64,000 nucleotides of DNA from a virus. Position 1 is the first letter of the stretch; the number at the start of each line of letters is the position of its first letter. Made by a program: the position numbers and the translations under genes. The stretch lies in IMG/VR virus record IMGVR_UViG_3300008954_000007. One strand, 5' to 3'. Under the pieces are notes generated by a model. The model did not search any database and had not been told where the DNA came from. It worked only from the letters and a program-made list of their open reading frames with translations. Shown piece after piece: positions 51,332 to 61,053 of the stretch.

Positions 51332-51642
51332 TATAGCATCTCCCCACTACTGTAATCTTCATCAGTACCCCAACCAGCAGAGGCTAGAGCATCACCATCT
51401 TCCATGTAGTTGTCTGGTGAGTAATTAGATTCTAAATGGTCATCTTGTTGTTCATCTCTCCACACTACCAACTTATGTCTAATCTTAGCTAGAACTAACT
51501 CTACCATGTACTCTTCTAATGGTTCATCCTCATAGGCTATATTGTTAAAACCTCTGATTATATCAGTACATATATCTGCAGTGCGTTTGGCCCAATCTTC
51601 AATCTTAGGTGTTTCCAAAATTCTTGCTGATTTGTGCATCAT
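51331..51642 (-). CDS. Hypothetical protein with DALASAGWGTDEDY tail
   Basis: AGGAG RBS, recurrent phage motif. Confidence 0.7.
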   Translation of the reverse strand: MMHKSARILETPKIEDWAKRTADICTDIIRGFNNIAYEDEPLEEYMVELVLAKIRHKLVVWRDEQQDDHLESNYSPDNYMEDGDALASAGWGTDEDYSSGEML

Positions 51643-51651
51643 AACTAACTC

Positions 51652-51909
51652 CTATTCAGATCTATGGATTCTAGGTAATTCATGTTCACTTACTGTATTT
51701 TCAGGGTATCTCTCTGGAAATAGGTCTTGGTGAAACCCTAAAATGCTTTCTTTAGATAGGCTCAATACACCATCACATCCATTCACTAGAATGTCTATGA
51801 TCTCTCTATCTCCTAGAGTATCATACTCTCTCTCAGCTATCTCTACACACATAGATTCTAATCTAATTCTTTCAGCAGAATTAGGTGCAAGGTTGTCTAA
51901 TATACTCAT
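51652..51909 (-). CDS. Hypothetical protein (start revised)
   Basis: Promoter cassette and RBS before ATG 51909. Confidence 0.7.
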   Translation of the reverse strand: MSILDNLAPNSAERIRLESMCVEIAEREYDTLGDREIIDILVNGCDGVLSLSKESILGFHQDLFPERYPENTVSEHELPRIHRSE

Positions 51910-52204
51910 GTCATTTCCTCTGTTTGATGATAGAGGAATTATATCACATTGATAGTAGGATGTCAACCCCTTTTTTCAAAAAAGTGGGTATTTTTTAGGG
52001 GTGTCTTTGGTCTGGAGTTATCCACCTGGTATGCTCCAGGTGGACAATGCGTCGGCAGACTTTGCTAGGGGTCAGATCCCTCAAACCCTGTGGTAGCAAG
52101 GGTTTGACCCCTAGCATGGTCTGCCAAGTGGGGCATGGGTGACATAAATCGTGCCAACCATATTGTCAACAAGGGTGTAAACACACCCTTGTTGACAAGT
52201 GCGT

Positions 52205-52468
52205 TTACACGCTTTGTGGTATTGGGTTCCTTGGTCTTGTTCTAGCTTTAGCATAGATATCATATACAGTGGTATTGATTTCCTCACCATCTACACTGTC
52301 AGCATAAAAGAAACCATCATCTAGGATTTTGTTTACCCTATAGTGTCCACGTTCACCATTAACCAATACCCAATCACCTAATCTTAAGCTGGTTTTATAG
52401 TTAGTTTTGTCTACATACCTGTAAACACTGCAGGGTCTTGGTTTGGTAGATTCAAAAAGTGATTGCAT
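52205..52468 (-). CDS. Small beta protein, paralogue of 48851-49069 (start revised)
   Basis: AGGA RBS before MQSLF. Confidence 0.65.
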   Translation of the reverse strand: MQSLFESTKPRPCSVYRYVDKTNYKTSLRLGDWVLVNGERGHYRVNKILDDGFFYADSVDGEEINTTVYDIYAKARTRPRNPIPQSV

Positions 52469-52514
52469 GTTTTTATCCTGTAGTTGTGGGGGGCAATTGC
52501 CCCCCATGTTGGGG

Positions 52515-52811
52515 TTAAGCCTTGACTATATCAGAGATCTTGTACCATCCAGGTTTTGCACCATTTTCTCTTGTCAAGTAAACATAATCTATACCAAGAG
52601 GTTTTAGTATTTCTTGGTGGTTTTTGTCATATCCATCACCATTTTTAGATCCTAGTAATACATCTGCAGAGATGTAAAAATTGCATTTGCTGAAGTATTC
52701 AGCACCAAATGATTCACACTGATCTCTGTCAAGGTAAACATCTTTCCCCATTGATTCAAATGTGGGGTCAAAGTTTTCATTCTTGTATTGGTTCAATTGT
52801 TCTTGCAACAT
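52515..52811 (-). CDS. Hypothetical protein (start revised)
   Basis: Promoter cassette before ATG 52811. Confidence 0.7.
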   Translation of the reverse strand: MLQEQLNQYKNENFDPTFESMGKDVYLDRDQCESFGAEYFSKCNFYISADVLLGSKNGDGYDKNHQEILKPLGIDYVYLTRENGAKPGWYKISDIVKA

Positions 52812-52870
52812 GTTTTCCATCCTTTGTTTGATAGTGTTATTATACCACAATGCTATAAGAAAATCAAGGC

Positions 52871-53122
52871 TTATTTAGCCTTGATTTTCATATCTTCCAA
52901 TGTTAATTCACCATGAATGGGAGTATCTGAAAGGAAGTTTTCATCCATTTCCTTAAAGTTTTTGTATCTAGTTTGTACTAGATATTTACCATTAAATTTA
53001 CCACTTTTGGTTATACCATGTTCTATAATAGTGACAGGTGATTCCCATCCCCAATTAACAGGGATTTTGCAATAAACTTCCTGGTCAGGGGTGAATCTAG
53101 GTTGGCTTAAAATTTTACTCAT
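52871..53122 (-). CDS. Hypothetical protein (start revised)
   Basis: Promoter cassette before ATG 53122. Confidence 0.7.
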   Translation of the reverse strand: MSKILSQPRFTPDQEVYCKIPVNWGWESPVTIIEHGITKSGKFNGKYLVQTRYKNFKEMDENFLSDTPIHGELTLEDMKIKAK

Positions 53123-53216
53123 GTTTTTCATCCTTTGTTTGATAGTAGTATTATACCATATTACTATAAGTGTGTCAACCCTAAAGTGTGTTTTATTTAG
53201 GGTTGACACCATTTAT

Positions 53217-53459
53217 TTATCCTTTACAGGTTATGCTAGGATAATCGTTAGTGTTCCAACTTTCTATAATTTCTCTATCCTCACACTGGCTGTCATACTT
53301 TCCCCAATACCAATCACTGAGAAAAAACTTTAAATTGTCCTCATCTTGCCAAGTGGAAGTCATTACGTTATCAACGTCTGTTTGTGTCATAGTTGGTTCT
53401 GGAAAGTTAATTTCCAGTTGCTTGTAGTTGCATGATCTAGTAACAAATTTTCTTCTCAT
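53217..53459 (-). CDS. Hypothetical protein
   Basis: Promoter cassette. Confidence 0.7.
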   Translation of the reverse strand: MRRKFVTRSCNYKQLEINFPEPTMTQTDVDNVMTSTWQDEDNLKFFLSDWYWGKYDSQCEDREIIESWNTNDYPSITCKG

Positions 53460-53516
53460 GTTTTCATCCTTTGTTTGATAGTATAATTATATCATAATAC
53501 TATAGTGTGTGTCAAG

Positions 53517-53541
53517 AAAAAAACGCCATTTCTGGCGTTTT
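53517..53541 (-). terminator. Intrinsic terminator
   Basis: aaaacgcca/tggcgtttt. Confidence 0.7.
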
Positions 53542-53547
53542 ATTTTG

Positions 53548-53805
53548 TTATTCTTTATCCTCAACTACCTCTAAACTACAGCCATTATTGCCATCATTAT
53601 AGATACAAGATGTCCAATCATTAAGGCAGTAATTGCCATCATAATTATCAACGACGCAAACACAAGGCAATTCTAATCTACCATCACACCATATGGGAGT
53701 TTGGAAGTCTAGACCAGCATTGATAACATCTGAGTTGGTAATTACAAAGGCAGTTTCAAGGAATCTTCCTTGAATCTCATCTAAGTTTTTGGGTCTGTAG
53801 TACAT
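53548..53805 (-). CDS. Hypothetical protein
   Basis: Promoter cassette. Confidence 0.7.
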   Translation of the reverse strand: MYYRPKNLDEIQGRFLETAFVITNSDVINAGLDFQTPIWCDGRLELPCVCVVDNYDGNYCLNDWTSCIYNDGNNGCSLEVVEDKE

Positions 53806-54262
53806 GTTTCTATCCTTTATTTGATAGCATAATTATACCATAATACTATAACACTGCCAAGGTTAAATTCACTTAGTGAGCAAATTTTTTTTTCAAAAAG
53901 TTTTGGGGTTGGATATGTTTACGTGTGTGTTGACATAGCTATGGTTCACAAACCATGCCAACCACAATTGTCATATCCAACTCCCCAAACGCCTATGGTC
54001 ATTGGATATCACATGTCAACAAACCCTGTTGACAACCCCCTTAAATCTGTGTACACCCTGTTGTTGACAAGCGTCTACATTTGCATACACTGTCAACAAG
54101 GGTTTATTGGCACATGATATGCGCCAACGCCCTGCTAGGGGTATATTGGTGATTAGGGGTGGTACTATATGTAGTGGTATGCCACCCTGGGGGGATACCA
54201 GAAGTTGTGGTGTCCTGGCATAAGGTGGCATACCATATTAGAGGTTGTAGTAGGTGAGTTGT

Positions 54263-54391
54263 TTACTTGATGCCAAAGACGTACATCATAGCATCTACTG
54301 ATTTGCAGACTTGGAACCAACCCCAACCCATAGCACATCCCACTAATAGGCTTAGTACATAGGCTAGAAATTGATTGAGTGCTCTAGTCAT
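54263..54391 (-). CDS. Small membrane peptide (start revised to MTRALNQF)
   Basis: AAGGA RBS, hydrophobic helix. Confidence 0.5.
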   Translation of the reverse strand: MTRALNQFLAYVLSLLVGCAMGWGWFQVCKSVDAMMYVFGIK

Positions 54392-54695
54392 TGTTAGTTT
54401 CCTTTTGAGTGGTTGCCATGTGTTCCTTCCATTGTGGGTCTTGATAGTGTTCTTTAAGGTATGGCTGTATGGCATCATATGTAGCACTAATAAAGTTCTT
54501 TAAATCCTGAATTTGGCTAGTTTCTAGCTTGTTATCAACTACTAACTTAGCCAGAAGGTTTCCCCAAAATATATTCATGATAGTGCGCCAATAACTTCCA
54601 GGGTTATTGGCATTAGCATGAACGTGAACGTTACCTATTTGTGGACGCAGACTTCCAAGTTTTTCTGATCTCATTTCCTTCAGATTTTCCATCAT
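54384..54695 (-). CDS. Hypothetical protein
   Basis: GGAG RBS. Confidence 0.6.
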   Translation of the reverse strand: MMENLKEMRSEKLGSLRPQIGNVHVHANANNPGSYWRTIMNIFWGNLLAKLVVDNKLETSQIQDLKNFISATYDAIQPYLKEHYQDPQWKEHMATTQKETNND

Positions 54696-54852
54696 ATTTA
54701 CTCCATTTCTTCATTCTTTCAGCTTTTTGTCTATCCATATGGCTAGAGAATTCTATGTGGTCATTAAGGCTACTATAATTAAAGTCTGCCTCTGCTTGGT
54801 TGTAGTTACCTGCGTTAAGTGTGCTTCTGAATGGGCTATTGGTTGGTTTCAT
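54631..54852 (-). CDS. Hypothetical protein
   Basis: Promoter cassette. Confidence 0.6.
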   Translation of the reverse strand: MKPTNSPFRSTLNAGNYNQAEADFNYSSLNDHIEFSSHMDRQKAERMKKWSKYDGKSEGNEIRKTWKSASTNR

Positions 54853-54955
54853 GTCTAATCATTTCCTTTGTTTGATAGTGGTATTATACCATTATACTAT
54901 AACTATGTCAACCCCATATCCATTTTTTTAGGGGTTGACATCATCTTTTTTTCAC

Positions 54956-55300
54956 TTAGGGGTTATCTGGTCTATCATATCCTAGAGCACCAAAAGCATC
55001 GTCTGTATTGCTTTCTGTTGTGGTGGTTTCCCAAGGCATATCTTGAAACACTAGGTTATCATTCTCATCTAACATATCTCTATCCAACTGTTGACCAATC
55101 CAACTATAAGGACATCCACTCCTTGCTTTAGCTACACCATAAGGCATAATGCCATAGTCAAGATAGTAGCTATATAGTTTGTTAAATAGATCTGGATGAC
55201 TTGACAGTTCAGTGCGTTCAAGTAGGACAGCCATTGCGTCATGCTTGTATTCCATTACTATAGATCTAAGTGATTGGGGTTGATGGGTTGATTGATTCAT
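54956..55300 (-). CDS. Hypothetical protein (MPYGVAKAR.G.P motif)
   Basis: Promoter cassette, recurrent phage motif. Confidence 0.7.
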   Translation of the reverse strand: MNQSTHQPQSLRSIVMEYKHDAMAVLLERTELSSHPDLFNKLYSYYLDYGIMPYGVAKARSGCPYSWIGQQLDRDMLDENDNLVFQDMPWETTTTESNTDDAFGALGYDRPDNP

Positions 55301-56370
55301 GTTTTCTTTCCTTTAATTGATAGTGGTATTATATCATATCTATAGCATGGTGTCAAGGTTAATGTGCAATTAATTTACTGGCATGTCATGTCATGCCAAG
55401 TGGTACATCTTACTATGCCATAGCATGTCACACATGTTGGCACAATGTGACATGCCAATGTGCAACCCCCTGAAATTTTGGAATGCCATACTCTGCCAAC
55501 TGGCTTTCACTCCAGAGATTCTCAGGGGGTTGTATATTGGCACACAATATGCGCCAACACCCTGCTTGGGGGTACTTTTATAAGGTTGTTTCCTTAGTGT
55601 GGTCTGGACAAGCCCATAGGGGTGATATAGAAGTTATTTCTTTGTTCTTGGTGAATAAATAAGTGATGATATACTAGATGGATGGTTGGTCAATGAGGAA
55701 ACACAACATTTATTATTAATTAACTAAAAATCTAGGCTTAGATTGACGTTAAATATATTAATATGTTGTTGGTCAATAGTGTGAGTGGTGGTTGGTTGTT
55801 TTCAGTTATGCATATGTTAATTAGCGACTATTTTATTGTTCTTTATTTCTTGTTTACAGAGCATATAGTTTTAATGAATAGGGAATTAGACTTAAAGATA
55901 TACTTAGATTTATTAAGGTCATTTAATACATTGTTTGTAAAACTAATGAATGGAATATGCTATGTGGGTAAATAAATTTTGGGATTGTCTAATTGGAATT
56001 TATCGTTGTTTAAAAGTGGGTGTATTGCTAGGTTTAGGATTTATGGTTGGTGTTGTTTTAATTCTTCTAATATTGTTAGTTGGATGGATATTATTTGCTT
56101 TATATTTGTTCTCTTGATGGGCTAGTTGTTGTATATATATTATTTACAGTTGTGATGACATTATTTATTGAGGATTGCTTAGCTATATCTATGGTGAGTG
56201 ATGATATGGTGTTGACTTGAGGGTTGTTTAAGTTAGTAAGTGATTCGTTATGATATACTAGTAGGGATAGCATCTCCTATTGAAGATTAAAGTGATTGTA
56301 ATAGATGTTGTAGTAATCATTTGTAGTTGTTTGGTTTTCTTTAGGTTAATGATAGTGATTAAGCATATAG

Positions 56371-56811
56371 GTGAATAAAGTTATGGCTATTGGCAATGAT
56401 AATAACAATGGTGCTAAGGCACATGTTGAGTATAAGGATGAAGGAGATGCGTCACGAAACAATTTATCTGATGATAATAGTATCAAGTATGATATAGAGC
56501 CTATAGGATATTTTGATTTTTTAGTAAAGCATCGTAATCGCATTGTTAAAGACTCTATATCTATAAGGTTCACTAACGATCAAGTAAAAGGTATCGTTGA
56601 GACATTAAGGAGATATGTACCTATTGACAGTGGTGTAGGTGTGATGCTAATGGTTGCAGTTGACGATAGTAAAAGCTCCATGCTATATCAAGATGGGGTA
56701 GCCATACAGGATTTTGTTATTAAGATAGATAGTGTTGTTCCAATAGAGGACAGTGAGTTAGTTAGTGGTGATCAGGATGCGTCAGGTCAATTGGTCTTTG
56801 ATTGGTCTTAG
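56371..56811 (+). CDS. Hypothetical protein
   Basis: 146-aa ORF after a long non-coding gap. Confidence 0.55.
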   Translation: MNKVMAIGNDNNNGAKAHVEYKDEGDASRNNLSDDNSIKYDIEPIGYFDFLVKHRNRIVKDSISIRFTNDQVKGIVETLRRYVPIDSGVGVMLMVAVDDSKSSMLYQDGVAIQDFVIKIDSVVPIEDSELVSGDQDASGQLVFDWS

Positions 56812-56997
56812 TTTTTTTTTCTTTATTTTTATTTATTCTTGATGGTTGTATATGTATGTAGTTATAGTTTAATAGATTTGGAATTTTTTAAATTTTAAAT
56901 TGAGATTTTGAAAATGGGTCTGCTGTGAAAATTATATTCGTTTTTGGGATTGTCAAAGTCTCCTTATTTTAGAAAAATGTAATTTGGCTCTTTTCTG

Positions 56998-57267
56998 ATG
57001 CCAGGAACTCTAAGAGATATGTTCAATAAAGATAATATTGCTTTAACCAATAAAGTATCTAGGCTTATGGATGAGGTTAGAAAAGACATCACTAAGATTT
57101 GTAAGCTGGATAAGAGCCTCAAGGGAATGGCCTGGGAAGAGAAGATGTCTAAGCTACCATCAGATGCCTGGATGATAGAACAGATGATGTTCCAAATAGA
57201 AAACTACATGAAAAGACAGAGTGGTCTAGATAAATGGAAAACACCTCTAAATAAGGAGCAATTTTGA
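56998..57267 (+). CDS. Hypothetical protein
   Basis: ORF coupled to the next gene. Confidence 0.55.
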   Translation: MPGTLRDMFNKDNIALTNKVSRLMDEVRKDITKICKLDKSLKGMAWEEKMSKLPSDAWMIEQMMFQIENYMKRQSGLDKWKTPLNKEQF

Positions 57268-57527
57268 GACTTAGCAACTACAACATTGCCAAGACCCTGT
57301 TCAAGTACATTTGGTTTGTGAGAAGAAAGAAGTGGTTCTTAAGATTCCCATTTTTACCCATTCCACCTATTAGATGGATATTGTGGAGAATGGAAACAGC
57401 CTGGGGAATACAAGCAGATGACTTTAAATGGGGAGATTTACCTAAATTAAAGGTAATGTGTAGGGATGCTTGGTCTTTTGGTAGGTTTCTAACTATGTTT
57501 ACCAATAATGAGAAACCCTTATTTTAA
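57264..57527 (+). CDS. Hypothetical protein (PFLPIPP..W..WRMETAWG)
   Basis: AAGGAG RBS. Confidence 0.65.
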   Translation: MRLSNYNIAKTLFKYIWFVRRKKWFLRFPFLPIPPIRWILWRMETAWGIQADDFKWGDLPKLKVMCRDAWSFGRFLTMFTNNEKPLF

Positions 57528-57608
57528 AAAACAGGATTTGTCAAAACTGCTTTTAATTGCAAAAACTAAAAACTGCCTTTTTCTGGTCACAATGTTCTTG
57601 AATACACC

Positions 57609-58025
57609 ATGAATAGAAGATTAAATTGGGATGAGTACGCCATAGAGTTAGCCAAAACAGCTTCCCTTAGAAGTGAAGACCCCTACATCCAAGTGGGAGC
57701 TTGCGCTCTAGGCTATAACAACAGAGTACTTGGTCTAGGCTATAATGGTCTAGCTCCAGGCAAGGAAGTAGAACCAAGCTTCTGGCAAGACAGAGACAAA
57801 CGCAGACCCTACATGATCCATGCAGAAGCCAACTGTCTATCTCTATTCAAATCTGGTGAGTGCAAACTCCTAGCAGTGACCCTAATGCCATGTTCTTCTT
57901 GTGCTACTCTCATCGCAGGATACCAAATACAGAGGGTAGTTTATCTGGAGCTATATAAAAGAGATGAAAAGGCTATAGAAATACTAGATTTTTATGGTAT
58001 AATACATCAGCAGGTAACATTATAA
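57609..58025 (+). CDS. dCMP deaminase
   Basis: RSEDP..QVGA, GYNG, HAEAN, PCSSC. Confidence 0.93.
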   Translation: MNRRLNWDEYAIELAKTASLRSEDPYIQVGACALGYNNRVLGLGYNGLAPGKEVEPSFWQDRDKRRPYMIHAEANCLSLFKSGECKLLAVTLMPCSSCATLIAGYQIQRVVYLELYKRDEKAIEILDFYGIIHQQVTL

Positions 58026-58035
58026 AAGGGGTCAC

Positions 58036-58611
58036 ATGAGAGCAGGTAAACTCTCTAGGTTGGAAGAAAGGTATTCCAGGGGATATAGGGGTGGATATAG
58101 AGATGGGTATGAGGCTGCAGTACAGGATTTTTTCTCACAATTCAGTACACCTAAAAAGTGGAAAGATCAGAGAAGACAATTACTAGCCCACATACAAAAC
58201 TTAGATAAGTGGTGGAAAGCAGAGATAATCAGTTCTACAGGATATGATTTCCCACCCATCTTTGAGTTTTTAGAAGAGAAGAAAGCTACGTTAGAAGAAA
58301 CTTATGGTTGCGTCTATTTTATCAACATAACCAACACCAACTTCCTCAAGGTGGGCTACACCTATAATTTCAAAACTAGGTTCAATCAAATACAAAATAA
58401 TGTACCCTCTGACTTAATAGTTTTGGGGAAAGATTGGACAAAACAACCAAAGAAGTTAGAGTCTGCTTACCACACTTTACTCAAACCCCATAGGCTAAAA
58501 AATGGTGAGTGGTTTGAAGTACCCAAACTAACGCAGACCATCAACAAGTGGAGAAACCACCTTAAAGATGACTATCAGGTAGATGAGGATTTTGAAGAGG
58601 AGTTGGTATAA
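58036..58611 (+). CDS. T5orf172/GIY-YIG-like nuclease domain protein
   Basis: VYFI...KVGYT...R..QIQ...E...H....GEWF. Confidence 0.8.
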   Translation: MRAGKLSRLEERYSRGYRGGYRDGYEAAVQDFFSQFSTPKKWKDQRRQLLAHIQNLDKWWKAEIISSTGYDFPPIFEFLEEKKATLEETYGCVYFINITNTNFLKVGYTYNFKTRFNQIQNNVPSDLIVLGKDWTKQPKKLESAYHTLLKPHRLKNGEWFEVPKLTQTINKWRNHLKDDYQVDEDFEEELV

Positions 58612-58901
58612 TGAATTTAGTAGAGAGCATAAAAGAAAAAGTTAACCTTCAAAGCATTATTGATACAGTAATAGATCAAGTCTCTGATGAGACAGTTCTA
58701 TATCCAGACCTGGAGAGAGCATTAGTGGGTATAGTCTCCAGGTTTGGTCAACCAGACATCATGTGTTATGACTATGATAAAGTAATAGAGATCTATATGA
58801 ATGATGGAATGACAGATGATGAAGCCAGGGAGCACTTTGACTTCAACACCATAGGGGCATGGTATGGTGAAACTACACCATGTTTCATAAGGAATTCTTA
58901 A
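58611..58901 (+). CDS. Conserved-looking phage hypothetical protein
   Basis: GM..DEA.E.F.FN..GA..GE.TP.F. Confidence 0.7.
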   Translation: MNLVESIKEKVNLQSIIDTVIDQVSDETVLYPDLERALVGIVSRFGQPDIMCYDYDKVIEIYMNDGMTDDEAREHFDFNTIGAWYGETTPCFIRNS

Positions 58902-60330
58902 AGTTCTCTAACTGCTTATATACTTCTGCTACCAGTTCATTTTTCTTAAATGGCTTACTAACATAGCCATTCATCCCTGCTGCTTCACACTGATCCCTTA
59001 TATCTCCTATTACACTAGCAGAAACAGCCACTATAGGTATATTATAAAGACTAGAAGCCTCTTCATGTTTGCGTATCTTCCTAGAAGCCTCAAATCCATC
59101 CATAACAGGCATTTGTATGTCCATCAGTATTAGATCATAGAACTTCCCCTGAACCATGCTCAGGGCTTCTTCACCATCCTTAGCTGTATCTAGGACACTG
59201 CAAATATCAGCTAGACAACGTTTAGCTAATACCATATTAACTTCATCATCATCAACCACTAAAATTTTAAATTTAGCCATTTTTTCTACATCAAAAATTG
59301 GACATGTTTTCTTAAAGCAATTCTCTATACACAGTGACAATTCAAACTGAAAGATTGAGCCTTTAGTACTACTCTTAGCAGTTATTTCTCCACCCAATTT
59401 CTGCACAAACCTCTGACTAATAGCCAACCCTAATCCAGTTCCACCATATTTACGTGTATTGCTTTCATCCACCTGGAAAAAGGGATCAAACAGTGTTTTA
59501 AGATACTCTTTATCAACACCTATACCAGTGTCCTTAACTTTAAACTTCACCCCTAGCTCACCAACATTAGACACAGACAGAGTAACCATTCCTTTCTCAG
59601 TGAACTTGATGGCATTACCCAATAAGTTAGTTAGCACTTGATGAATCTTCTGTTCATCTCCAAACCTAACTACATCACGCAGATTATCTATCTCTAATGC
59701 AAACTTTAAATCTTTCTTTTCTGCTAGTGGCTTGAAGGAATCAACAACTTCCCTACACAAAGTAGCTAGATTGAAAGACTCACATTTTAAAGATACCTCA
59801 TTAGACTCTACACTGGAGAAGGTTAGGATCTCATCTATCACATGTAACAAACGATTTGAGGAGTGCACAGCACGTTGAATATCTTCAGCTTGAACATCTG
59901 TTACTTCATCTAAGTTAATAAGATCCAGAGATCCTATTATCCCATTCATGGGAGTCCTAATCTCATGACTCATTCTGGATAGAAACTGAGTCTTATTATC
60001 ACTCTCTTCTTCAGCAATCACCTGGGCTTTCTCTGCCACAATAGTAGCGTTTTGAGCTATCACCTTATCAGCTAAAGCATCCTTTAGTTCTTGCTTCAAC
60101 CCCTCTAGTTGGCCCTCAACATGATTGCCAACTTTCTCAACAGCAGTTTCTCTATGCTGAGTCAACATTTTTTTTAAAAAATTTCTTGTTTTAACACCCT
60201 CTTTTCTTTGCACATGAGCTAATAATTCTTTAATTATAAACACCACCCCTAATGCCCAAAAAAAACCCAATAAAAGTGAGTGCCATATTTCTAGATTAGA
60301 AACTGAAAATGTAAGAAAACCTGTCATCAA
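58885..60330 (-). CDS. Membrane-anchored hybrid sensor histidine kinase (HisKA-HATPase-REC)
   Basis: H box MSHEIRTPMNG, N box NLLGNAIKFT, DTGIG, GGTGLGL, receiver LVVDDD...LMDIQMPVMDG...KP, one N-terminal TM. Confidence 0.95.
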   Translation of the reverse strand: MMTGFLTFSVSNLEIWHSLLLGFFWALGVVFIIKELLAHVQRKEGVKTRNFLKKMLTQHRETAVEKVGNHVEGQLEGLKQELKDALADKVIAQNATIVAEKAQVIAEEESDNKTQFLSRMSHEIRTPMNGIIGSLDLINLDEVTDVQAEDIQRAVHSSNRLLHVIDEILTFSSVESNEVSLKCESFNLATLCREVVDSFKPLAEKKDLKFALEIDNLRDVVRFGDEQKIHQVLTNLLGNAIKFTEKGMVTLSVSNVGELGVKFKVKDTGIGVDKEYLKTLFDPFFQVDESNTRKYGGTGLGLAISQRFVQKLGGEITAKSSTKGSIFQFELSLCIENCFKKTCPIFDVEKMAKFKILVVDDDEVNMVLAKRCLADICSVLDTAKDGEEALSMVQGKFYDLILMDIQMPVMDGFEASRKIRKHEEASSLYNIPIVAVSASVIGDIRDQCEAAGMNGYVSKPFKKNELVAEVYKQLENFKNSL

Positions 60331-60363
60331 TATTTAATCCTCATCCTCTACTTTTACATATTT

Positions 60364-60777
60364 TCATCCATCACTGTTACCACTTCTGGTGTCAAAAGTG
60401 CTGGATACTGCTCCCCCTAGAATTCCTGTTAGGACTAGCAATATTCTTTCAAAAAAAGCCAGTTCTTTTTCTAGAGTGGTGACTTTAAATCCCCAAGATA
60501 GCACAGTTAAAAGAGCCATTGTTAAGATAAGTACAAATACTCCTAAAAATGTTTGTCTAACAATTGATATTTGACCAGAAAGTTTTTGACTTAAAGCTAA
60601 TTCCTTATTACTTATATCTCTTTCTGCAAGAGCATTTTCAGTAATTTCCCTAAGTTCTTTAACCTCTTCCTCTAAAGCAAGTTCTCTTTTTTCTAATGCA
60701 GCTTCTTTTTGTTCAAGCTCAATAATAATATCATGATCAGACTTCTCCCCATAATTTCCATTAATTTCATTTGTCAT
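60364..60777 (-). CDS. Coiled-coil plus two-TM membrane protein
   Basis: Heptads then two hydrophobic helices, co-oriented upstream of the kinase. Confidence 0.7.
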   Translation of the reverse strand: MTNEINGNYGEKSDHDIIIELEQKEAALEKRELALEEEVKELREITENALAERDISNKELALSQKLSGQISIVRQTFLGVFVLILTMALLTVLSWGFKVTTLEKELAFFERILLVLTGILGGAVSSTFDTRSGNSDG

Positions 60778-60791
60778 CAGAACCCTCTTAT

Positions 60792-60824
60792 AAAAAAAAC
60801 CCCAAGGGTATCAGTCCTTGGGGT
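60792..60824 (-). terminator. Intrinsic terminator
   Basis: accccaaggg/tccttggggt with an A tract. Confidence 0.7.
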
Positions 60825-61019
60825 CTGCAACGCATCTGCTATCTCCAACTATTCAAGGTACTCTCCTATTAAGGGTAGGTTAATACCTAGAATAATAAAT
60901 GATTAATTCAATAGATTTGTGTCAAGATCAAAGTTTTAAACTGTTACAGATGATATTAAGCATCTGATGTACTCTTAAATTAATCAGATATAATATATCA
61001 TATTGAGGGTTGATTAAAC

Positions 61020-61053
61020 AAAAAAAAACCACCAAGATAATCTTGGTGGTTTT
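61020..61053 (-). terminator. Intrinsic terminator
   Basis: accaccaaga/tcttggtggt with an A tract. Confidence 0.75.

Larger units (their letters stand above)
47955..55356 (-). promoter_or_regulatory. Eleven homologous strong promoter-leader-RBS cassettes
   Basis: TATAAT with extended TG (+ strand attata at 47981, 48820, 49499, 50499, 51938, 52839, 53150, 53486, 53832, 54883, 55328), TTGnnn 17-18 nt upstream, and a shared leader related to CTATCAAACAAAGGA. Confidence 0.9.
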
